Source: Piromyces finnis finn (taxonomy: Eukaryota > Fungi > Neocallimastigomycota). From it: 64,000 nucleotides of DNA. Shown one piece after another: positions 1-12,700 of the stretch (position 1 is its first letter; every line of letters starts with the position of its first letter). The position numbers and the translations under genes were made by a program. Under the pieces are notes generated by a model, which did no database searches, had not been told where the DNA came from, and was given only the letters and a program-made list of their open reading frames with translations. The stretch is from NCBI GenBank assembly GCA_002104945.1, contig MCFH01000021.1:124001-188000 (forward strand), written 5' to 3'.

Positions 1-124
1 TATTTAATACTTATTCGAAATATATTGTTATTATTAATTGATATTTAATTTTGTTTAAATATGTTATTTATTAAATAATTTCAAAAATTTATTCCTTCAA
101 ATAATGCATAATATAATTTTATAG

Positions 125-2610
125 GAGAGACCAGCCATTTGCTTTCCCAAAAACATCAACTTCAATTCTTTATGATCATGAGGGTAATATTAAGAAATGG
201 GGCTGGTCGGCTGATAAATATAAAACAAGTCATGCCGGGGATTATTACGTTAAAAATATTAAACTATATTTAGATGAAGATCTTCTTCCAACTCTTCCAA
301 ACCCAAGAACATTTTTACCACCAGGAAAAATTGTTGTCGATGTCATAGCTGACTATTTAAAAAAATTATTAGAAGTTTTGATGGATGAATTACGTGAAAA
401 GTATGGTAATGATGTTGGTATTGAAAATGTATTATTTTGTCTTACTGTACCAGCAATGTGGAGTGACCGTGCTAAACATTCAATGCGTGTTGCAGCTGAA
501 AAAGCTGGAATGGTTCAAAGTCGTTATTCTCAACGTCTTATTCTTGTTTTAGAACCCGAAGCTGCAGCATATTATATTATGAATTATTCTCCAAGAAAAA
601 TAGGTTTAGAACCAAATGATCGACTTATGGTTGTTGATGCTGGTGGTGGTACAGCTGATTTAATTGTTCATCGTTTAAAACGTTCAGGTAATTTAGAAGA
701 GGTTTGTCGTGGTAGTGGTGAAAGTTGTGGATCCACTTTTGTTGATGAAGAGATGTATACATGGTTAAAAAATAAATTAGGTCCTGTTTGGAAAAGAATG
801 GAAGCTGATAATATTTCTTTAGCAGAATATTTTAATGAACCATGGCAAAAAATTAAGTTAAGTTTTAGAGGTGATATGGATGACGTTTCATTTGACATCC
901 CAGCGAAACTATCTAAAGCGTATATGACTAATGAGGATCGTGCTCGTTTAAATGGAGGCGATGAAATTATAATTACAGAAAATGATATACGTAACTTTTT
1001 CCATAATTCAGTAGTAAAAATTAAGAAACTTATTCGTGATTTGTTAGATGAATGTGGTGGCAAAATTGAAAAATGTATTTTAGTTGGTGGTTTTGGTAGT
1101 TCTCAATATTTATTAAATTGTATTAAAAAAGATTTTGGTTCATGTTTTAACCAAATTTTAAGAACTGAGGAACCAGGTTCTGCTATTTTAAAAGGTGCTG
1201 TCCTTTGTGGTCTTGATCCATTCTTTATTCAAGCTCGTCGTTGTGCTCTTTCATACGGAATTGAAGCTATTGCTAAAGTATCATCATGGAAATTGGGTAT
1301 TATTCCAGGAAAGAAGAAGAAGCCTGGACTTTTCATTCAAATTGCAGAAAAGGGAGAGCTTATTGAAGCTTCACAGGTAATAATATATATATATATATAA
1401 ATGAGATATAGCTATATATATTGATAATAAGCAAGCATTCAAAATTTGATTTACTAATATTTTTTTTACCTTATGAATTATATATTATTGATTATAATAG
1501 TATAAAGAAAAGGGTATTTTTAGACCAGCTAAACCAAATCAAACCATTTTACCTATTAAGATTTATTCAATTAATGAAAGAAAAGCCGAATTTAAACGTG
1601 TACATAAAGATGGTTTTTCATATCATGGAAAAATTAGTGTGAGCATGCCTGATGTAGGAAGAGGTATCGATCGTCCAGTTATGGTTAGAATGTACCTAGG
1701 TCAACCGGATATTAAAGTTGTTGCTATTAATGTAAATACTGGTGAAGAATATTCTACTACCTTTAATCCATTTGCCAGTTTAGAAGATATGCAAAATAGT
1801 GGTAGTTCTCAATACAATTACAGTAAATTATCACACACGTATATTTGTATATTATTTTTTTTTAAAAGAAAGTAATAATATTAATTTAGTTTTTTTTCTT
1901 TTTACAAATCGTTTCTTCTTTATTTCTATTGAAAATATATTTACTAATTAATAGCAAGTGTTGATACTATGAATAAAAGTTTAATATCCCGCGCATCACA
2001 TCCTAATTTACGTGCTCCTTCTCTTCAAACTGAGTTAACTCAAGAAAAAAGTTTATATACTAGAGCTTCTCAACCTAATCTACGTCATTTAAGTCAAATG
2101 GATTCAGGATTTGGAAATACTAGTATGGTTGCCTCAAATAGAAATTCCAGATCTAATAAGGTTGGTATGATTCGATCAGGAGTAACATCTTATCCAGGTT
2201 CAGGTGCTATAGGTAGTTCAAACCCAACTGATTATCAGAATCAAACTATTTCAAAGAGATATTCACAACAAAGTCATAAAAGTCATAGAAGTAGAAAAGA
2301 ACCTGAAATTACTTGTTATAAGGTAGCACATAAATATGAACCACAAAAAGCTGATGAAATGTGTCTGCATGTGGGTGATATTGTAACTGTAGATCAATCA
2401 TGGGATGATGGTTGGGCGTACGGGAAAAATTTATCTACTAAAGATCAAGGAATCTTTCCATTAGATTATCTTATTAAGTTACCACCAACCTCAAACTATC
2501 ATTATCACCATCACCATCATCATAATAGTACTAACGTTAATTCAAATACTAACAATAATCCTAATACTTCAACAGCAAATATTAATAATTCGTTCGTTCA
2601 ACCATGCTAA
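125..2610 (+). CDS. Hsp70-like (HSPA12-type actin-fold ATPase) protein with C-terminal SH3 domain; 5' part lies outside window. Exons ~125-1376, 1501-1822, 1955-2610
   Basis: Motifs TVPAMW, LEPEAAA, VVDAGGGTADL, CGSTFVD, ILVGGFGSS and AILKGA. GT-AG introns 1377-1500 (phase 0) and 1823-1954 (phase 1) join the ORFs in frame. SH3 at ~2311-2481 (YEPQKADEM..VGDIV..WDDGWAYG..GIFPLDY). Confidence 0.85.
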
Positions 2611-2743
2611 CAGTAATAATAATAAACAAAAATGTAAAAGCAGAAAATAAATTACTTAAATCTCCTAATCGTCTTATAATTTTATTATTATTTTTGATAT
2701 ATATGACAATAACAATATTTCTTTTTACTTTATTCTTTCTTTT

Positions 2744-2776
<33 letters not shown>

Positions 2777-3251
2777 CTATTGGTACATAATATCTTTTAT
2801 ATATATATATATTCTCATTTTAATAATATGTAATATTCCTTTTAAAATATGATACTATTGCAAATCTTTTTTCTTTTTATATACAATATGATTATTTAAT
2901 TAGTATTTTTTGTTTTAATTTTATATGATAATACTAAATTTAATGTAATAATAAATACATCAATTTAAATGTTATTTTTTTTATCATTTTCCTTTAAATA
3001 AACTGTAAATAAAAAAAAAAAAAAAAAAGATTTAATTAAAAAGCAAATTCAATAATTACTAACTTTATAAATAAAATAAAAAAATATATACATATTTATT
3101 CTGAAATATATTTATATTTTATTTTATTTATTTATGTAAATTAATATTATTAAGCTAAATATAAATTAATTATAAAGAATATTTATTAAAATTTCGTGGT
3201 ATTTTAAAATATCACTGTTAGATGAGTTTATATTACACTATTACATTATTT

Positions 3252-3282
<31 letters not shown>

Positions 3283-4711
3283 CTAGGAAAGAAAGATTTT
3301 TTCCAATGCAAGGGCAACACCATCATTAGCGTTGGAATCAGTAACATATATAGCCTTTTCTTTTAATGCTTTTATAGCATTACCCATAGCAATACAATAT
3401 TTTGATTGCTCAAACATTGTTAAGTCATTGTTACCATCTCCAAAGCATAGTATATTTTGTGAGGAAATATTTAACATTTTTTTTAGAGCTTCAATACCTT
3501 GTCCTTTATTACCAAGAAGCGGCATAATATCAATACAATCTGGATCACCTTGTGCATATATTAAGCTTTTATTGTTTGTGGTAAAAGTTATCAATTCACT
3601 TCGAAAGCCTTTATTTTTGTTTAATGCAATATGAAATTTAAATATATAATGATTATTATAAGATAGTTACTGATATATGATTTTATGATAATTTTAGTAT
3701 GACTTACCTGTGATAGCTTCTATAGTTGAAAAGATGCATAATTTATTGATTTTTAAAGTATTGTTATAAACATTATTTAAAAGTTCATCTCGAGGTAAAA
3801 TACGAATTGGCTCCTTGAAATCATTACAAATTCTTCTACTATGATACTTATCTTCATTGAAATAAGTATAACTACCAACATAAAACGCAACTTCGTAGTC
3901 TTAAAAAAATATAATAAGAATAAATTATATATCATAAAATATATTATTATTAAAATATTTTGTATAAAATTATTTTTTCTTTATAATTATTAAATTAAAT
4001 TTTTTTTTTTTTCTTTTTTCTCAAAAATTTATTTATCGTAATTAAATAAAATTTATTTTTATTTATTTATTAATTAATTAATAAAAATTATATTTAGATA
4101 CAAACCAACACCAAATTTTATAAAATAGTTATCAATTAGTTCGAGACATTTTATGAGTTCTTCAGTGGTTAAGTATATTTGGTCTTGAATTTCTTGATAT
4201 CCGTTATAAATGACACAACCATTAGCACAAATGGCTGGTGAAGGTATTCTTTTATTAGAGGTATTTTTACCAGTTTTAGTAAAAATTTCATATTCTTCTT
4301 TTGTCATAACATTCTCGTCTAAGCCTAAATCACTACGAAGCATCATTGTTCCCTGAATAGATTTACCTGTTGCTATTACCAAAGGTAAATTAGGATATTT
4401 TTCTAATACCTTTTTTACAGTATTTTTAGTAGTTTCGGAGAGTTGACATTTATGATTTAATATTGTACCATCAACATCTTTTTATATATAATAATAAAAT
4501 ATTTAATTAAGTATTTATATGATGTAAAGTATTAAAAACTTTTTTTCTTAAAAAATAATTTTAAAAATGAAATTTACATTGTAATTTTAATTGATTTAAA
4601 ATATTAAAACAATGGTTAATAAATAATATATTATAAAATACTTGTTAATTTTTAAAAATAACCTGTTACAATTAACTTTACATCTGAAGACTTTGGTAGA
4701 TTATTAATCAT
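3283..4711 (-). CDS. Cof-type HAD-IIB hydrolase, 4 exons (4711-4663, 4477-~4110, 3899-3708, 3608-3283)
   Basis: Spliced N-terminus IVTDVDGTILN (DxD motif I), VIATGKS (motif II), ICANGCVIY, NKGQGI, CFGDGNNDLTMF (motif IV) and AMGNA. GT-AG introns are phase-consistent; the exon 2 donor is approximate. Confidence 0.88.
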
Positions 4712-5166
4712 TTTATTAATTATAATTCATATATTATTAAATAAAAATAAAAATAAAAATAAAAATAAAAATAAAAATAAAAATAAAAATAAAAATTGTT
4801 TAATATATTGATAATTAATAATTAATCAAAAATTTTAAAATATTTGAAAATTATTGTATTAACACTTTTTATAAATCTGATTATGTTTAATAATAATAAT
4901 AAAAAAAAAAAAAAAAAAAATCTTTAAAAAGTTTTCAAAAGAAATAACAAAATATAATAATAATAGATAGCTATTAATTATTTTTATGTTTTGTTTATTT
5001 ATTATTATATTTTAATTAAATAAGTTATATTTAATTTTTTTTTCTACACAAAACAATATTTTTAAAAATACACATTAATAATAATAATAATTACATGTAT
5101 ATGATGAAGTAACATATAAAATACATATTACAAGTTGCATGTATTATTTCATATTATTTTTAATTC

Positions 5167-7676
5167 TTAGAATGAAAAGTTATCTGGAAAGAAAATCTAG
5201 AATTATAATATCATTAGATATAAATTATATAACTATTAAATATAATTAATATACTTTTAAAAAACTTACTGGAGCAACAACAGTCCATAAATATAGTAAT
5301 ATTGCTAACCAGCTAGTAATAATTTTGACCCATACACTAAACCAACTTTGTCCAACAACTAACTTAAATTCATAATCAGATGTTTCCTTTATAGTACTCC
5401 ACTTATGAATAAATGATTATTTATTAAAAATTAAATATTTTAATAATATAGAATTATATATTTTGCTATATTCGAATATTTTATTATAATATTAAATGAA
5501 AAATAATTACGTCAGTTAAAAGCATGGCAATATACATTCCTGCAAGTGCAAATATTAAGTGGAAGAAAGAGTAGTTATAAGTAGTGTTATTTTTTTCATC
5601 ATCAGAAAACTCCTAAAATTAAAGAATACAATAGAAATATATAATATATGTATTATTATTATATATATTAAAAAAAATGTATGAATAATAAAAATTACAT
5701 TCTCTTCATTATCATTATCTGATCCTTTTGAATTTAAATTTATATTATCTGATTTAAGTAATGGAACGTTTTCACTATCATCGTTATATTCATTTATAAA
5801 TAAACCATTTTTAACTGCAGCTGTTGTTGTTGAATAAGCGATTGAAATAAATGTAAAAAGAACACCCAAAAGAGTTGCTGTAAATTGTGTTTTTTTATTA
5901 AATGGATTACAATGCAAATTATCATCCGGCTCATTACTTATTGCTGAACATACAATATATGTTGAATAAATTACAATTATTGAAGCTTGTGCGATACCAG
6001 ACTATTGAAATAATATTTATTAAAACAAAAATAACAATTATATTTAATAATTTTTTTTCTTATTTTTTATTACTTATTAATATTACTACTACTACTACTA
6101 CTATTATTATTATTATTGTTGTTGTTGTTATTGTTGTTTTATTTTAACTTATGAATATACACATACTTGCGGATTAGCATATTGGACTTCAGGTAGAATT
6201 GAAATAATAGTAATAAGAATGCATAAAACCAAATTTATTGATATAAAAACCTTGTTTAATGAACATCCACTTTTACCAAAAATAACATACATAACAATAG
6301 TTAAAATAACTGCTCCAATAAGCATGCTAAATGTAGCTATAATTAAAAAATACATATACTTTTTGTCATCTGTATTTTCATAATTATCTATTTAAAAGTT
6401 TAAAATATATTATTCAATAAAATTAGGTTTTAAATTTATATTTATAATATGAAGCTACCTATTAATAATTCAACCCATGAATATGAAAAATCAATTAAGA
6501 TAACTAATTGAATAAGCATAAATAATACTGAACCAAAAATAGCTATATATTTGCTCCAAAAGATAAAGAAACTATATATATTGTTGTTATTAATGATTTA
6601 ATGAAATAAGACTTTTTTTTTTTATAAATTTTAGAGAGGTTTTAAATAACTAAATATACAAATAAATTATTTTTTTACTCACTCATTGTGAACAAAAAAG
6701 GAAAGTACAATACTTAAAAACCATATAATCATTTTTGGTCCCCAGAAACCATTCTGAATTTTACCTCGAATATTTTTTGAATTAGTTACACCAATCATTA
6801 ATATTGAAAGAATAAGATGAAGAGTACTGGAAGCAAAACATATTCGGTATATTGCTAATATCCCATAACAATTTCCATTTTTACACTCTGAATTAAATAA
6901 GCTTCCCTCTCCAATGATTAATCCCAATTTTTTATTTATATAAGGAACTAACATCAACTGAATAATTTATTTTGATATAAATTACAATTGTGGTTATTTA
7001 AAAATAAAATAATATTCATTGAATTATTATAATTTGAAAATTCAGTAAATTTTAATATAAAAAAGTAATAAATAAAAAAAAAAAGTTGATTTATATTATT
7101 AAAAGATTTTATTGGTATTATTATTTTATATATATATATTAAGGACTATTTATTTTAATAATTAATAACATTTTAATTATATTATACCCATGAAGCTATT
7201 GATGTGAATAATAACATTCCTGCATATGCAATTCTTGTTGCTACTGAAGATTTAACTATATTATAAATTAAATTTAAAAAAATTCGATTTTAACAGATAA
7301 ATTATTAAGAATTTAATTACAAAAAATAAAAAGTATTATCCTTAATACATACATGTTTTGTTAATACCTAAGCATTTTAAAAAGGTACATCCTGCACAAC
7401 ATCTAAATATTATTTATCAAACATTTCATTTATTTTTTTTTATTAAAATTATATTTTTGCTTTATTTTAAATTATTATGCTTACGCCTATTTGTTTGTTT
7501 TGTTAATTATTCAATTTATAATTTGATATATATTTAATTATAACATTAATTAATTTTTATATAATATTTTCATTTTATATATAAATCTACAAAATACTTA
7601 ATAAAAAATAATATGAAAGCTACATTCAACTTATAAGTTTACATACCAAATTTGAACCAGAACACAGTAGAGTCAT
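5167..7676 (-). CDS. TMS1: Serinc/TMS1 family multi-pass membrane protein, multi-exon
   Basis: Motifs KSSVATRIAYAG, YRICF, RGKIQNGFWGPK, ILIDFSYSW, QYANPQ..GIAQAS, DDE..YNYSFFHLIFALAGMYIAMLLT and VWVKIITSW..LYLWTVVAP. ATG at 7676, stop at 5167-5169. Confidence 0.9.
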
Positions 7677-8497
7677 TTTTTTAGTATTATTTTTAAAACT
7701 CAATTAATTGTTTAAATTTAATTTAATTATTTTAATTTTATATGTTTTATATACATATAAATATATATATATTTTTTTTCATTTTAACTTTATAATTTAA
7801 GAAAAAACTTTAATTTTCTTTTAAAAAATGAAATATTTAAAAAAAATCAATAATTATTGGATATAAAATATTAACAAATTTTACAATAAAAAAATATAAA
7901 TTAAAATTCATAATAAATTATATAGAAAAAAATAAATTAATAATAGTTTTATAATTAATAATAATTTATCTTTAGTATTTTATTGCAATTAAAGTACATT
8001 TATATTGATATAATATAATTAGATATTGTAGTATATTTAATATAAATTGATTCATAAGGTCCAGATAAACTGTAAAACTTTACATTCAAACGTTTTTTGT
8101 ACGTTTTATTCATTTAAAACTAAAGTTATATAAAGGATATAATAGCATAATTATATATAAACATTCTAAAAATTTTTAATGGATTAATAAGTAGATATTT
8201 TGAAACATTTAATGCTTTACTTAAAATTGATATCATTTAATATTAATATATATTACTACTATTAGTAATATTTTTATAAAAAATAACACAGTTAGTATTA
8301 TTATTTACTTTTTTTTTAGACCAGGAAGAGAATACATTATTTCTTGTATTTATTTATTTAATTTGTGATTTTACATATTGATATAATAAATAATAAATAA
8401 AAATAATAAAAAATCTATAAATATAAATATAGATATAAATATAAAATAAAATAAAATAAAATAGTTATTTAAGCTCTGCAATTTGTGTTGTATGGTA

Positions 8498-8819
8498 TTA
8501 GTTTCTACCTAATAAACTAAATGAAATAAAAAAGAAAAGTAATATCAGGTATGATGGTGTGGTGCCCACTAAACTCTCCCATGGATTTATAATGTTTTTA
8601 TCCGAAGAAATACTAACATTGAACCCTTTGTACAGAACATTAAAAATGTTCCTTTGCCATATCAATAAGACATCAACGCTTTTGATTACGTTAGGTGTCT
8701 TACTAAACCTATCAAAAAGTCGTTTCATTGAGCTTCTAATGATAGGAATTGTTTAGGTATGAAAAGCCGCGAGATACTCTACAAATGGAACATGAGACCC
8801 CGATGAACTGTAAAGCTTG
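8498..8819 (-). mobile_element. Degenerate 3' fragment of LINE family B
   Basis: Aligns by eye to ~56445-56690; both encode the LFDRFSKTPNVIKS.DV..IWQRNI segment. Confidence 0.75.
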
Positions 8820-9470
8820 TATTCTAGTAATTTTAATTAAAGTAAGAAAGCCACTATTATACTAAAGTATAATAATTATATTTGACTTCCAATGATGGGA
8901 CACCGGGCCAAAAATCAAAATTTTGTCATGGGACAAAATTATGATCTTCATTGGTTGTGCTGGTCCTCCTGGCCTGTCTTATTGTTTCTTCAGCATTGAC
9001 GCATGTTAATATCAGTAGAGATATTAACATTTTCATTATTATTGATAGGACTATTGGAATTACGTTGACTGAAAAAATTTAATAGCTGGACTATGGAATC
9101 ATAATGTTCAATACGGATATCTCTAAATGTTGGACAATCTAATAACTAATGTTTAATATTTTGAACACCACACTTGTAACATGGACAGTAGTTAGGACAA
9201 ACTGGATCAACAAATTTAGCAGCTTTTGCAATTCTAGCATCCAATTTGTATCTGCTTCTTGCTTTCAATAGCCAGTAGAAACCATAGGCAAACTCTGGGT
9301 ACTCATAATTTAATAAAATTTCTAGTTTCAATAAATTTATTATCATTATAATATTGCGCTTTGAGATCTTTCCAATAAAAGTTTTTAACTGATTTAATAT
9401 CTCAGCATGAGTAGAACCCCTTGAGAAACTTCATTTATTAAATAAATGAAAATACGTTCCCAAGTGGAGA

Positions 9471-9472
<2 letters not shown>
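8820..9472 (-). mobile_element. Old, internally deleted LINE family A copy (A0): 3' UTR/ORF-end pieces joined to a partial 5' monomer
   Basis: 8820-9390 matches the family A 3' UTR and C-terminal coding region with deletions. 9393-9472 matches the 5' monomer (CATGAGTAGA.CCCCTTGAGAAACT.CATTTATTAAATAAATGAA..ACGTTCCCAAG). No poly(A) tail. Confidence 0.75.
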
Positions 9473-9509
<37 letters not shown>

Positions 9510-9745
9510 GGCATCAAATATTTTAAACTTTATTATTAATTTAATTAAAATTATAATACATGTAATATAAAAATTAAAATAAAATAAAAATAAAAAAAAT
9601 ATGTTTAAATAAACACAAATGAATAAAAATTGGGTATAATGTATTCTAGTAATTTTAATTAAAGTAAGAAAGCCACTATCATACTAAAGTATAATAATTG
9701 TATTTGACTTCCAATGGGACACCGAGCCAAAGATCAAAAATTTTG

Positions 9746-12700
9746 TCATGGAACAAAATTATGATCTCCATTGGTTGCGCTGGCCCTCCTGGCCTGTCTT
9801 ACTGTTTCTTCAGCATTGACGCTCTTGGATGTTGCTTCAAACCTTTTGAACATTGACCATTGCTGGCCAATAGCAAAAGGCATGATTTTGGTTAGAAGTT
9901 CCGCGGTTACCGTCAAGAATGGTGTTCCTTCGTTAGTATCAGATTGAATCTGACGCTTACAAAGTTCTTTCCATTCCCTTGAATTGTAATTAATATTGTT
10001 AAAACTTCTTCCCCCAAGAAGGAATTTAAATATTTTACTGCACACACTAGAATAATCATACACATTAATATTCACCGGATTATTAGAACTATTACTATCA
10101 TTAACTAAATTACTATCTAAATTAGAATTATTATCTTCACTATTGCTATCATTACTAATATTATTATTTCTATTATTGTTATTATTACTATTGTTACTAT
10201 TACTATTGTTACTATTACTATTGTTATTACTACTATTGTTACTATTACTATTAATGTTATTACTATCTCTACTGATATTATCAATTTCATTATTATTGAT
10301 AGGACTATTGGAATTACGTTGACTGAAAAAATTTAATAGCTGGACTATGGAATCATAATGTTTAATACGGATATCTCTAAATGTTGGACAATCTAATAAC
10401 CAATGTTTAATACTTTGATCTCCACACTTGCAACATGGACAGTAGTTAGGACAAACTGGATCAACAAATTTGGCAGCTTTGGCAACTCTAGCATCCAACT
10501 TGTATCCGCTTCTTGCTTTCAATAGCCAGTAGAAGCCATAGGCAAACTCTGGGTACTCATAACATAATTTAATAAAATCTTTAGTTTCAATAAATTTATT
10601 ATCATCATAATATTGCGCTTTGATTGAATTCCCTTTGAGATCTTTCCAATAAAAGTTTTTAACTGCTTTAACATCTCCATGTTTCTTTAATTTTTTATCA
10701 AGTGTCCTACTTGATTTGCACCACGTGTATTTTCTAAATTTAGGAATGTAATTGACAAGGTGTGAGATAATACAATTTGAGTTTTTCCATTTGTTAAAAC
10801 ATCTAACCTGAGCTAACGCACATTTGGCTGACAGTGGAGGAATATTCAAATCTTTTGAAATAGAGTATAAAGATATAAACGATACAGCTTTATGAACTCC
10901 GGCAACCCATCGTATTCCTTTGTTAACATGCTTCTGAGCAATTCTAGACCTAGCTTTGTTGGATCCAAGTAATGGTGCAAAGTATGAAACTCTGCTAATC
11001 ACTTGTGAGTTAAGTACTAGTTTTTTGAAAGGAATAGGAATATTAGGATTTCTTAAGAATTTACTGACTGAGAAAAGCCCTTTCAAAACCTTGTTATTAA
11101 GAGCTTTAATTACTGGTTTAAGGGACAGATTCTTATCAAATGGAACACCAAGATAAGTATAGCAATCAGTAGTTGGAATGGGTTGTCCTGCTAAGTAAAA
11201 TGTTGGATCTCTCTTGTTCTGATTTTCTATTGATTCAGGACGAATCACCATCGTTGAACATTTCTGGATACCAAATTCCATTTCATTATACAAGGCCCAT
11301 TCATTAACTCTTCTAAGCATCTTTTTTAAGCATCCTCTTGTTGGAGCACAAATAACTATATCATCTGCAAAAAGTCCACCACAGCATCGAGTGTCACCTA
11401 AACTGACTCCTAGATCTTCGCACTCTCTAAATATATCATTAATAAAGAGATTAAAGAGAATAGGAGAAAGAGGGCAACCTTGACGGACTCCTTTCTTCAC
11501 ATCAAAAGATTTCGAGAATTGTCCATCTAATTTGACATTAGCCTTAGATGTTAAATATAAATTTTTGATAAATTGTAGACTCTTACCTCGGATTCCTAAA
11601 CAATCTAATTTATGGAGAATATTACCGATTGGGACTGAATCGTATGCTTTCCTGAGATCTAAAAAGGCCAAATATGTCTCTTTATTATCTAATTGACGTC
11701 TACGGCATATTTCTTGGATTGAAATGAAAAGACTAATACTTTCTTCCTTTTTTCGAAAACCAAATTGTTCAGGTCTAATGAAATTATTCTTTAAACCATA
11801 TTCTGAGATTCTAGTGGTGACAATTTTGGAAATCAACTTAATACCATTATTGATAAGTGATATACCTCGATAGTTATCACAATCTGTCAAATCTCCCTTC
11901 TTAGGAATAGAAACAATACTGGATTCATTCCATGAGTTGGGGAAATCTCCATCCCAAATACGGTTGAATAATTTAAGAATAAAATTTAAACCATGAGCAT
12001 CATTATCTGAAGTAGCATTACCAGAAGAATTATTATCTGTAGCATTATTAGAATCATTACTTGATGGAACTAATGCTTTGTAAAATTCAATTGGAATACC
12101 ATCCGGACCTGATGCTTTATAATTTGGAGTAGTGAGGATAGCTGACTTGACTTCATCAATACTAATATCTTGGTTGATATCCCACTCATCAAGCATAGGA
12201 AGTGAAAAACGTTTATTCGTTGGTTCTTCATACCAATGCTCCAAATCAAGACTTATACCACTTGGGTCTGATGCAAGATTTTCGAAATGATCATGCCACA
12301 CATCTAGTTGTTCTTCTGTAGCAACAACTAATTCTCCATTTTTATTTTTAATTGGTTGAGCAATAAAGAAAGAATCTTTTCCAATTTTTGCAGTTTTCTT
12401 GATCCATTTCCAGGCCTTCTTAGGATTATGACTCTTCATATACTCACATCCTGTTTTAATCCAATGAAGATATTCTTGCTTCCTAAATTCATTACATCTT
12501 TTGTGGATGTAATCAATGAGTTTACGGTAGATTTTAATTCTTTTAATAAATTCATCTATATCATAAATTCTTTCTTTTTTAAATCTCTTATACAACTTCA
12601 TTTTGATTTTTTGAAGATTAAAAATTTGTTGTGAAATATGAAATGAAGACTTTATAACATTATTTGCTGAAGTAATACTGAGCTCGTCTGCAATTGAAAA

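Noticed and set aside
2604-2852. Hydrophobic short ORFs in AT-rich tracts (also 1421, 5902, 42475, 44814, 47146, 48824)
   Set aside because: Translations of poly-T, microsatellite, intron or UTR sequence.
5101-5107. ATGATGA box-C-like motif (also one on the minus strand near 30470)
   Set aside because: No box D or terminal stem at a suitable distance.
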